Source: Octopus vulgaris
Lineage: Eukaryota
Assembly: GCA_951406725.2 (NCBI GenBank)
Contig: OX597823.1
Coordinates: 99,076,001-99,140,000, forward strand
Length of the DNA stretch: 64,000 nt
Direction of reading: 5' to 3'
Shown in pieces: positions 28,891 to 40,496 of this stretch. The first letter of the stretch is position 1; every line of letters begins with the position of its first letter. Position numbers and translations under genes: made by a program. The notes under the pieces are model-generated. The model was not told the origin of the DNA, searched no databases, and saw only the letters and a list, made by a program, of their open reading frames with translations.

Positions 28891-29909
28891 ATTTTTTGAC
28901 ACCATTTTCAACTGAGAACTCCTTAAAAAGGCACACTCAAAACTGCTAGAATTTGCATTTTTCAAGCTAGAGAATTCAAACTTGCTCCAATCGATTCAGG
29001 AAACTTTTCTACGTATATGCTCATATTTTGTTTTTCGAAAAACTCCCCTATTTTTCCGTCGCATTCGCGCAAACACGTGCACAGTCACGCGTAGGATCCA
29101 ACATGTTGCGTGAATACAACTCAAGGCAATAGTGTATGACATCCACTCACTCGCAGAAAATGCATTGTTTCGGGCCTTTGTTATCGAGATAGAGACTTGA
29201 AACCTACTCTGGCCGTAATTACACCACGCCTTCTATAGGTGTGTAAATTTTCAGCTCGATCCTAGCACGTCTAGTGCCATTGAATCCTTGCCAAAGTCTG
29301 CAAGTTTTTTTCCTCTTTTATATAGGTAGAATATGAATGGTAAATCAAATTAATACACTTGTCAATGTTCACATACATTCACATAGTTCCCTTGTACACA
29401 TAAACATATAATCACGCAGAGTTGAAACGCGGTTAGATTTTTTTTTCAGTGTTGAATGTTCACCATCCCACTTCCAGTTTGATATCATCCCTTCCTTTCT
29501 AATTCATATGTTGTGACGGAGAAAAAACATAAGAGTATTATCATAGTAGATTATGAAACCTACATACACCTCGTCATTTTTGTTAGTAATTAACAGAATT
29601 ACGTGTTACTTTCTCATGGTTTCCAACCATACGGTCTTACGACTCGTGTCTTTTTTTCTCTCTGTGGAGGGGTGAGGGAGCATTATTATTTTCCTTTTAT
29701 GGTCGAGGGAAAAAAATCAAATTGTCGAACTTTGGATTTGACAGCTGTGATATAATATTAATGGAAGGGTTTGTTTATGTTTGGTAACAGAATCGCTGAA
29801 ACTTTATTGCCAGTTACTAAATTAGGAAGTATTATTCACTGCTATTATTAGCCATATAAGAATTTAAGCTAAATGTAGCACCTCCATTTTCACATGCAAA
29901 TACTCTTTT

Positions 29910-30056
29910 ACTTGTTTATTCTTTATTCGACCCCAGGATTTATTCTTTGTAAGCCTAGTACTTATTCTATCGGTCTCGGTCTCTTGCTGAACCGCTAAGT
30001 TACAGGGACGTAAACACCATCGGTTGTCAAGCGATGTTGGGGGGTACAAACATACG

Positions 30057-30090
<34 letters not shown>

Positions 30091-30266
30091 CATACATACA
30101 TACGATGGGCTTCTTTTAGTTTCTGTCTACCAAATCCACTCACAAGGCTTTTGTTGGCCTGAGGCTATAGTAGAAGACACTTACCCAAGGTGCCACGCAG
30201 TGGGACTGAACCCGGAACCATGTAGTTCGTAAGCAAGCTACTTACCACACAGCCACTCCTGCGCCT
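29910..30266 (-). mobile_element. tRNA-derived SINE (family B)
   Basis: ggcgcaggagtggctgtgtggtaag (A box) ... gggttcagtccc (B box), internal (TG)n; related copies near 3320, 40800, 48640, 62080. Confidence 0.85.
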
Positions 30267-30563
30267 ATAACCATAATTGTTAACTATTATTGGTTTCAAA
30301 TTTTGGCACAAAACCAACAATTTCGGGGACAAGGATAAATCAATTATATCAACTCCAGTGCTCAACTGGTACTTATTTTATTGATGACCCGTCCTTGTTT
30401 TCTTTGTATCATCTTCCTGGATGCTTAGTTGTCTGTTTCTTGTATCACCTAACTGCCTGGGTGTTCTTGTCTCATTTTGTATCATATATATCAAAATGTA
30501 GAGCAATCTTCAGCTGCATAAAGAACATAGAATTTAATTAAATTTGAAGGATGCATTTGTATA

Positions 30564-30694
30564 ATTTTATCCAAAATCACGAAGAGATAGACAAAGAACA
30601 TGTTTTATCAACAACTCAGAGTTACAACTGTGATGTTGTTGATAAAACATGTTTTTTGTCTATCTCCTCATCCTCTTGGTGATTTTGGATAAAA
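30564..30694. repeat. Imperfect ~60-bp-arm palindrome
   Basis: ttttatccaaaatcac...gatagacaaagaacatgttttatcaacaac / gttgttgataaaacatgttttttgtctatc...gtgattttggataaaa. Confidence 0.85.
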
Positions 30695-31504
30695 AGAAAA
30701 TTAAACGATCGTACTGCATTAACTCTGGATATCCTTGTTGCTTATTTTGATTATAATCACCTTATTTTAAATTGTATGGATAATACCATACTAAATTCTG
30801 GTGCCTCATCTGAATCTAAATTTTTACTGAACTTATATATATAGCGGCATACGTACACTTTGGTCTCCTATATGTAAGTTTATATACACACACACATACA
30901 TGCAGCAGTACTAAACTCTGCCCAGGTTTAATACCTAAAGTAAATTTAATTGCAAGATTTCATTATATTTTGAATAAATTGCTTTGAAAAGATGATGCAC
31001 ACAATCTTGAATTGGTCTGAGAATATTGATTAACAAAGAATTGTTTGTTGTATCCAAGCAGTTCAGATGGTTCAAATCATATTTTATTAAGATTGAAAAA
31101 AAAATAGAAAGAAAAGGAAAAAAATATATAGAACCAGAAATAAAGTTCAACACTACTTTTTTTTTCAGGGAAAATTTTTTTTCCAAATACTTAGTAATTT
31201 ACATAATTATACAATTCAACTACACTGCTTGGGGATTATAAAACAAGAATAAACCCAGTGTGGTCTGCAACTTGGATCATACATACCAAGAGGATGTGCA
31301 CATGTAATGTATTAGTTTGATGCTTGGTAAAGGTGGGATAAAGAGAATACATATACGTGAGAAAGAGAGTCATGTGAGTGTGCTTTAAACTGAAAGAAAT
31401 TATTGTATTAATAACTTCCAAAATGACAATTTTGTTTTTGTGTACCTTAATGATGTATGTCAATAGACAATATTTCTTGTTACTTTATTTGCTTTATATT
31501 CTAG

Positions 31505-31577
31505 GCTGGTGGTTCTAGTGCTCTTTTGATGGACTTAGCTGCTAATGAAAAATCAGTGCACCGTGATTTCTATAATG
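31505..31577 (+). CDS. COPS9: COPS9 exon 2
   Basis: ttctag|[24 protein letters not shown](D)|gtatgt, phase 0 to 1. Confidence 0.95.
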
Positions 31578-31814
31578 GTATGTTTAATGCGAGTTATACT
31601 TCTTGCTTAAATTTGACCCAATTGTCGTAAATATATACAAATCATTTCATAAAGTGCATCAACAATTTTATTTTGAATACCTAGAATCCATTTTTTTAGA
31701 AAATTGTTTTAACTTATATTGGTAAATTTATCTATTTTTGAGAATTTTGAAATTCATCTACATTTGAACAGAGACTGCAGTTAAAAGTGGGATGATTTGG
31801 AAAACAATCATTTT

Positions 31815-34399
31815 TAACCCTTCACATGGTCAGAGATTTAGGGACATCCTCATCAAGAAGTTTGAGGAGAAGGAGGAGGAGCTACAGACATCGGACATAG
31901 AAGGTAGCTGGAAATTCCTATGGGACAGCTTGCTGAGTGCCACAGACTAAGTCTGCGGATGGTGCAAAGTCCCTTCCAGACCTAGAGTTACGTGGTGGTG
32001 GAATAATACGGTAGACAAAGCCATTAGAGCAAGGAAACAGGCCTAGTAGAGTGGGGGTAGCCAAAAGGGAGGCTCGGCGGCAGGTATATATAGCCAAGGG
32101 CGAAGTGGAAAAGAAGTTTGCCAATGTCCAGCAACGTGAGGACCAAAGAACTGAGGTATTTCAGATTGCACGACAGTGTGTGACAGAAAATTATGATGTC
32201 ACAGGAGAGAAATGTGTCCGCATGGATGATGATGCATTTGCTTTTAATGATTCTGAAAAGAAAGAGGCTTGGAGAAGCCATTATGAAAGACTGCTGAACA
32301 TGGAGAATGAATGGGAGGAGGAGAGCCTTCCAAATGTTGACCCAGTAGAGGGACCAGCTATCTGAATAGACAGCTCCCTTGTAGATAAAGCAATTGACCA
32401 GAAAAAGCCCCCGGCCCATCAGGAATCACTGCTGAGATGTTTAAAATATCGGGTGGTGTGGACTATGGCCTAATCACCTGCATTTTAAACCAGGTAGTTC
32501 ATGATGGAGTCATACCCAACGACTGGCATAGCAGCACCATAGTCAACTGCTACAAGGGTAAAGGTGATGCTCTCGATAAAATGACTACAGGGGTATCAAA
32601 CTGCTGGATCAGATGATGAAGGTCACGGAGAGGGTCATAGCCCAACTAATTAGGGAGAGAGTCTGCTTAGATGAGATGCAGTTTGGTTTTGTGCCGGGTA
32701 GAAGCACCACTAATGCCATATTCCTGGTTTGACAACTGCAGGAGAAATACCTAGCTAAAGATAAACCCCTCTACTTAGCTTTTGCGGACTTGGAGAAAGC
32801 CATTGACAGGGTCCCTCGATCCCTTATCTGGTGGGCGATGCGGAAACTGGAGATTGATGAATGGTTAATAAGGGCCCTTTACAGAGAGGCCATTAGTAAG
32901 GTTAGGATTGGCAATGAGTATAGTGAAGAATTTCCAGGTAGAAGTAGGGGTCCACCAAGTTTCAGCCCTTTTGTTCATCATAGTCCTCCAGGCAATAACA
33001 GAGGAATTCAAGATGGGTTGCCCCTGGGAGCTTCTCTGTGCTGATGACCTGGCCCTCATAGCAGAATCATTGCCAGAACTAGAAAAGAAATTTCGGGTAT
33101 GGAAGCTAGGCCTTAGAGTCAATGTAGCAAAGACCAAAGTTCTAGTAAGTAGGAAGGCGAACTCATCACACACCCCCTCAGGTTGGTAACCCTGCTCAAT
33201 CTGTAGAAAAGGTGTAGGTAGAAACTCCATAAGATGTGCCAGATGTAAGCTATGGACACATAAGAGGTGCAGCAACATCAAAGGAAAATTAACTGAGAAG
33301 ATAGCTTTCATGTGTGGCAGATGCACAGGGGCAATAGATACCACAGGCACTCAGAAAACAGATTCCATTACACTCAAGGGGGAGAAACTAGAAGTAGTTG
33401 ATAGCGTCCACTACCTGGGTGACCAAGTTAGTAGCGGGGGTGGATGCTCAGAGAGTGTCACCACTAGAATAAGAATAGCCTGAACAAAATTTATAAAGTT
33501 TTTTCCCCTACTAGTGACAAAGGGTCTCTCGCTCAGAGTGAAAGGTAGATTGTACAATGCATGTATATGAACTGCCATGCTTCACGGCAGTGAAACATGG
33601 GCTGTGACTGCAGAGGACATGCGTAGGCTTGAAAGAAATGAAGTTAGCAGGATCCACCGGATGTGTAATGTCAGTGTCCATGCACAACAGAGTGTAAGCG
33701 CCTTGAGAGAAATGTTGGACATAACAAGCATTGGATGTGGCATGCAGGAGAGACGTTTGCATTGGTATGGTCATGTACTACAGATGGATGAGGAGAGAAG
33801 TGTGAAGAAGTGCCACTTCCAAACTGTTGAAGGAATCCAGGGTAGAGGCAGACCCAAGAAGACATGGGATGAGGTGGTCAAACATGACCATCGAACGTTG
33901 GGCCTCACAGAGGCAATGACGAAAGACCGAGACCCCTGGAGATATGCTGTGACTGCGAAGACCCGACAAATAACGTGAGTTCATGGCTCGTAGAATGGCT
34001 TGCTGTGCTTACTTTGGATCGTAGGGCAACCTGTTGTGCTTGAGGAGACCTATTGAGTCAAGTACATCAAAATAAATATCAAATGGAAATTGTAGTTGTG
34101 ATACCTGTGCTGGTGGCACGTAAAAAGCACTGAACATGGTTGTTGCCAGCGTCTGTACTGGTGGCACATAAAAAGCATCAGCCGATCATGGCCATTGCCA
34201 GCCTCCTCTGGCCCCTATGCCAGTGGCACATAAAAAGCACCCACTAAACTCACGGTTGTCCGTTAGGAACGGCATCCAGCTGTAGAATCACTGCCAGATC
34301 AGACTGGAGCCTGGTGCAGCCTCTATGGCTTCCCAGACCCCGGTCGAACCATCCAACCCATGCTAGCCTGGAAAACAGACGTTAACTGATGGTGATGAT
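31815..34399 (+). mobile_element. Degenerate RTE LINE (RT + C-terminus + 3' tail)
   Basis: DLEKAIDRVP, ELLCADDLALI, LHGSETW, RGRPKKTW; stops and frameshifts; (GAT)n-like end. Confidence 0.92.
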
Positions 34400-34989
34400 A
34401 TGTCTTGTGCAATTTCATTCCGCTGTGTTATTGGTTTCTTTCATCGCTACAAAGTCAAACATTTATAAAGAGTACAGCATCACTCACTCAGATGAATTAC
34501 ACAGGTCTGCCACATCAAAGCCCTATTTGTCTTAGTATTTCATCAACTAATCTATGCGTTTGAGCATCCTTCAAGGTCTCTCACCTCCTCATTTCTTTCA
34601 CAAGTATACTTCATTTATAAATCATGGCCCTTGTACATCCAGGGCTTACTGTCTATTCATATCACACATCCTTAGCCATGTATATCAGCCAGTAACTTTT
34701 AATGTCTAGTCACTCTTTCAATTCACTTGTAATTTGGTTTCCCTGCAGATATTATGACACTTATGTTGTATCTCTACTTCTAATACCACTTCTGTGATGG
34801 CTTTTACTTATTGGAGCTGGTTAGACTCCTGTCACTCGAGTATGATGTATATTATTATTTATTAATACCAGTTTGGTTCAGCTCTATGCCACGTAAAGTT
34901 TCATAAGTTCATTGTTCAGCTGCCTATGCATGACAAGTTAGGTTTGTATGGCAAACCTTTGAAACTGTAAGTTGTATGGAATCAAATCA

Positions 34990-37900
34990 ATTATCATCAC
35001 TTCATGTCTTTTTTCCGTGCTGGCATGGATTGGACTGTTTGTCTGAAGCTGGCCATGTTTGTTTTGGCATAGTTTCTATTGCTGGATGCTCTTCTTAATG
35101 CCAACCACTTTACAGAGGATACTGAGTGCTTCTATGTAGCTCTGGTATGGATACTTTTTACGTGGCACCAGCACCCAGGAACCTGCCAGATTAGGATTGC
35201 TTAGCTAAAGATGGATGCAGGGGACATGCCTGGGTATAAAGAAAACCACAGCAAACTGCCAGGAGTCTCGATCCCTTGTCATCTCCTCTGTGAGGCCTGA
35301 TGTCTCAAGATCCTTTCTCACCACATCTTCCTGGTTCTACCCCATCTACATGTTCCTGCCTCAATTAGAGATCAGCACTTCTTGATGCAACAACCTTCAT
35401 TCACATGCATTACATGTCTGTACCAACTCAGTCTTCTCTCTTACACAATTACCTCTGATACCTTGTGTAACAGTTTTTCTCTCAAATCATTTACACTCTG
35501 TCATATATGCACACCAACATTACCCATCCATCGGAGCATACTGGCTTCATGTTTTTTCAAGTCTTCGCATGTCCTCAGTAGTCACAGCCCGTATCTCACT
35601 GCCATGTAGCATAGTTGTTCATAGAGACATCATACAATCTGCCTTTCACTCTGAGAGAGAGGCCCTTTGTTACCAACAGAGACAGTAGCCCTCTAAACTT
35701 TGGCCAGCCTATTCCTATTCTTGCAGCTATTCTTTCAGAACAACACCACCACTGTCACTTGATCACCTAAGTAACAGAAATTGTCTACTACTTCTAAGGA
35801 TCCCCCTTGACATTTGAGGGAGTCTATTTTTTTTTTTATACATTCTTGGTGTTTAAATGTCCCTGCACATCTACCACATCATCATCATTTAACGTCCGTT
35901 TTCCGCGCTAGCATGGGTTGGACGGTTCGACCGGGGTCTGGGAAGCCAGGGGCTGCACCAGGCTCCAGTCTGATCTGGCAGTGTTTCTACAGCTTGATGC
36001 CCTTCCTAACGCCAACCACTCCGCGAGTGTAGTGGGTACTTTTCATGTGCCACCAGCACAGGTGCCAGGGGAGTCTGGCATCGGCCACAATCGGTTGGTG
36101 CTTTTAATGTGCCACCGGGACGGAAGCCAGCCAAGGCGGCGCTGGCATCAGCCACGTTTGGTTGGTGCTTTTTATGTGCCACCGGCACTGAAGCCAGTCG
36201 AGACGGCACTGGCAACGGCCACATTCGGATGGTGCTTTTTATGTGCCACCGGCACTGGTATCACAACTACTATTTCCATTGATATTTGTTTCAATGTTCA
36301 TGTACATGCACTTAACTCAACAGGTCTCCTCAATCACAGCGAGATGTTCTGGGATCCAAGGTACTTTGAATGGGCAGGGGCTATGCGGAACTGGTGCCGG
36401 AAGCAGCCCGGGTCTTTGCAGTCACAGCACATCTCCGGAGATCTCGGTCCTTCGCCATTGCCTCAGTGAGGCCCAACGCTCTGTGGTCATGCTTGACTAC
36501 CTCATCCCATGTCTACCTCTCCCCCTGATTCCTTCAACTGTTTGGGAGCGGCACTTCTTCACACATCTCTCCTCATCCATCCGCAGTACATGACCATACC
36601 ATTGCAAGCATCGCTCTTGCACACCACATCTGATGCTTCTTATGTCCAGCATTTCTCTCAGGGTGCTTACACTCTGTTGTGCATGCACACTGACATTACA
36701 CATCCAGCGGATCATGCTAGCTTCATTTCTTTCAAATCTACGCATGTCCTCTGCAGTCACGGCCCGTGTTTCACTACCGTGAAGCATGGCAGTTCGCATA
36801 CATGCGTCATGCAATCTACCTTTCACTCTGAGTGAGAGACCCTTTGTCGCCAGTAGGGGTAGGAGCTTTCTAAACTTTGCCCAGGCTATTCGTATTCTAG
36901 TGGTGACACTCTCTGTGCATCCACCTCCACTACTAACTTGGTCACCCAGGTAGTGGAAACTATCAACTACTTCTAGTTTCTCCCCCTGGAGTGTGATGGA
37001 ATGTTTTCTGAGTATTTGTGGTGTCTATTGTCCCTGTGCATCTGCTGCACATGAAAGCTATCTTCTTAGTTAATTTCCCTTTGATGTTGCTGCACCTCTT
37101 ATGCGTCCATAGCTTACACTGGGTGCATCTTATGGAGTTTCTACCTACACCTTTCCTACAGATCGAGCAGGGCCACCTGCCCGATGGGGTGTGTGCTGAG
37201 TTCGCCTTTCTGCTTACTATAACTTTGGTCTTTGCTACATTTACTCTAAGGCCCTTTGATTCTAACCCTTGTTTCCACACCCGAAATTTCTTTTCTAGTT
37301 CCGGTAGTGATTCTGCTATGAGAGCCAGGTCATCAAAGACTATTTTCTCTGTTAGTTTCCCAGTGACACCACTGCACCTCTTATGTGCCCATAGCTTGGA
37401 CTGAGTACACTGTATGAAGTTTCTTCTGACCGCTTTATTAAATATTGAGTAGGGCCATCTCCCTGAAGGGATCTATGATATGTCTGTTTTGCTACTTATT
37501 AAAACTTTGGTCTTTGCTAAATTAACTCTTATGCCTTTTGATTGCAGTCCTTGTTTCCATACCTGAAATTTCTTCTCTACTTCTGGCAGTGATTCAGCAA
37601 TAAGAACAAGGTCATCAGCATAGAGGAGCTCCCAAGGGCAGCCAGTCTTGAATTCCTCTGTTATGGATTGGAGAACCATGATTAACAAGAGGGGGCTAAG
37701 GAATTACTCTAGTGGACTCCTACATGTACACTAAATTCCTTGGCTATACTCATTGGGAACTTTCACCTTACTGACAGCATCTCTGTACATGGCTTGTACA
37801 GCTCTCACCAATCACTCATCTACCCCTAGCTTCTGCATTGCTTACCAGATAAGCAAGCGGGAGACCCTATCAAAGGCTTTCGTTGTGTCAACAAAAGTTG

Positions 37901-38010
37901 GGTACAGTGGTTTATTTTTGCTAAGTACTTTTCTTGTGGTTGTCTCACTAGGAAGACAAGATCACTGGTGCTTCTGCCTGCACAAATTCAAACTGCATTT
38001 CATCTGTGCT
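34990..38010 (-). mobile_element. Older RTE LINE, split by a younger RTE insertion
   Basis: Halves 34990-35877 and 37336-38010 rejoin as ...ctaccacatc|aaagactatt...; ELLYADDLVLI. Confidence 0.85.
35878..37335 (-). mobile_element. Younger 5'-truncated RTE LINE
   Basis: (CAT)n tail at 35878; WKQGLESKGLRVN...LHGSET...RGRGR; catca at both junctions. Confidence 0.9.
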
Positions 38011-38014
38011 AACT

Positions 38015-38221
38015 TTGGCAGTATGCTGTGCTTGAAGACCCATCAAGCCAAGTGAAATCGTAGCCATGGGAGATACTGGTGTCACGCAATCAACACCCAT
38101 TACACTCTCAGAGTGGTTTGCGTTAAGAAGGGTATCATGCCAAATTAGACTGGAGTCTGGTGCAGCCGCTCAGCTTACCAGCACTAGTCAAACTGTCCAA
38201 CCCATGCCATTAAATGATGAT
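38015..38221 (+). mobile_element. RTE 3'-tail fragment
   Basis: actctcagagtggtt...ctgtccaacccatgcc. Confidence 0.7.
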
Positions 38222-38603
38222 GTAACAAAAGCAAAGTTTTGAAAGAAATATTAGCAAATCGGAAATAACAGTTGCTACACAAGGACAAAAATCCTGTTAG
38301 TGTTATTTGATGTCTATTTTCCACGCTGGTTTGACTTCTATCTTACCTGCATGTCTTCCTGGGTCCCTCGTTCCTACAAAACCCATCCACATTAATTTGC
38401 CAAGTCACTAAGTTATGGGGATGTAAACAAAGCAACACTAGTTGTGAAGCAGTGTGGTAGGTACAAACCTCAAAGACAGATACACACTAACATGTAACAG
38501 GCTTTTGCTTTCTGTCTCCAAAATTTTCATCTGAATATTTTTCTTTTGATTTTGTCACATTCTCTTTTAACACTCATTTTTTTCTTTTTTCTTTGCATTT
38601 CAG

Positions 38604-38641
38604 ATTTTGAAGATCTCTTTGATGATGATGATTTAACCTGA
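38604..38641 (+). CDS. COPS9: COPS9 exon 3 (F/D-rich C-terminus)
   Basis: Long polypyrimidine tract + cag|(D)FEDLFDDDDLT*; AATAAA at 38726-38731. Total 59 aa. Confidence 0.95.
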
Positions 38642-40496
38642 CCCATTGCTGACTTGTAAAATATTTATTTCCATTTTTAACTTGCTTTTTTATTAAAGTA
38701 TTTGAGAAAATCAATGTCTTTCCTAAATAAATCCTGAAAGTCTTTCCTTACTCTATCAAAAAAGTTAATTTTTAGAAATGAAGTCTCTCATTTTGCTGCT
38801 GTTTATATGATGGATATGAAAGATTCAAACTTCAAATATAGAACTCATCTGCAAAGTTAAATTTTCAAAATAAAACCAAAAGATCAATAATACTTTTAAG
38901 TTTCTTTTGGTTATTTAACACTTGCCTAATAAATTATGTTAATACAGTATGGTTGTTTAGAATTTCCTTTTTAGAATTGTTATGAGCTCTTAAGGTTATT
39001 AAGATTCATTAATGCCTATTTGCCTCTTGGCCAATTATGCCAATTCTAAATGTAGATGCAGCTGCCACGTATTTAATTGAGCTATTATTTCTCACTAGAA
39101 AATGCACTTTGGGAATATAATCAGTCACTTAGATTTGTCTTATTCACCAGACAACTTTCCCTGGAGAATGTGAACAGTTTTCTAGAATTGTATCATTATC
39201 AGTAGTAGATGAGATTAATCTTAGAAGCTATTTGGAGCATTTATTGCTACATTAATTTCTTGTCGAATAAAAACTGTATAATTTCAGTTTCTACCAGAAA
39301 AACATATCATGACTATTGTATTTCCCCCTTTTCAGGGGGTTAATGTCTGTCTTTCTTTGCTTGTCTTTAGCTATTTTAAATACCCTGACATTTCAACATT
39401 GAATCATTAAAAAAAAGGGTGGGGTGAGCAGCCTTCAACTTTTTCTTTTCAAAAGACTTTTCCAACCTGATATTTACATGTTACCATTTATAGCTCTATG
39501 TACTTTGAGATCCACTGTTCAAAAAAAAAACAAAAAAACTGAAGAGATCTTATCAACATGTCCAATGCTGGATTTTCTAATTATTAACTCTTTCGTTATT
39601 GTATTTATTTTGAGATGCTCTGTGTTTCTTTCAATTACTTTAAATATAACAAAGAATTTAGTAAAATAACTTTGTTATCATTCAGCTAGTGTTAGGAACA
39701 TAAATTGTGACTAAGGTTTGGTGGAAGATTTTAATTCAAAACTTAGGAAAACAAAACATTTATATGAATGGAGTTAGAGCCGGTTTCAGCTGGGTTGGTA
39801 ATGAAAGGGTTAAACTAAAGAGAACTTTCATAATTCATGAGTAAAACTACTTTAATCAATCAATCTGGACAGCTTTGCTATTTTCTCCTTCAACAGTTTT
39901 CAGATATTCTCAATGTAGCACAATGTAGCACAACATTAACAATGTTCCTTAATTGATGTATAATGATGCCAGCTGTTGTGCTGTTAGTGAAGTACTTCAA
40001 AAACTGTAGTTTTGTCGGGGGTGAGATTCTCTTTTCCTAAACACACTTACATTAAGTAATTAAGTACAAATTATATTGAATATTTTGATAGTTTTTCTAA
40101 TATATTTTCCCTTATTATTAGAAGCAAACACTGAGCTATCAAACAATTTATTTAACAAATAGTATTTGCTTCACTGTTATTTCTTTCTCTGAGGTGGAAG
40201 ATTTCTCTCTATTTACAGTTAATAATTCTATCCCACCCTTGTATCAATAATGATTTTGACATTTTATAAGTTCATTTAATTACATGTGTATGAATAAGCA
40301 AAAATCAATTCCTTATTGACAATGGAGTTGATATATTCCTCCAGTGTCATTTTAAGACAAGTATGAGGTCATGTGAAAACGTTAGTTTGTTCTTTAACCC
40401 CAGGTTAACTGTTTAAGCAGATCTGTAATCAAAAGCTTTCCCGACGTGACCACCCTACCTTATCTTGTTTTTAGGAATAATGTTTTTTTTTAAATA

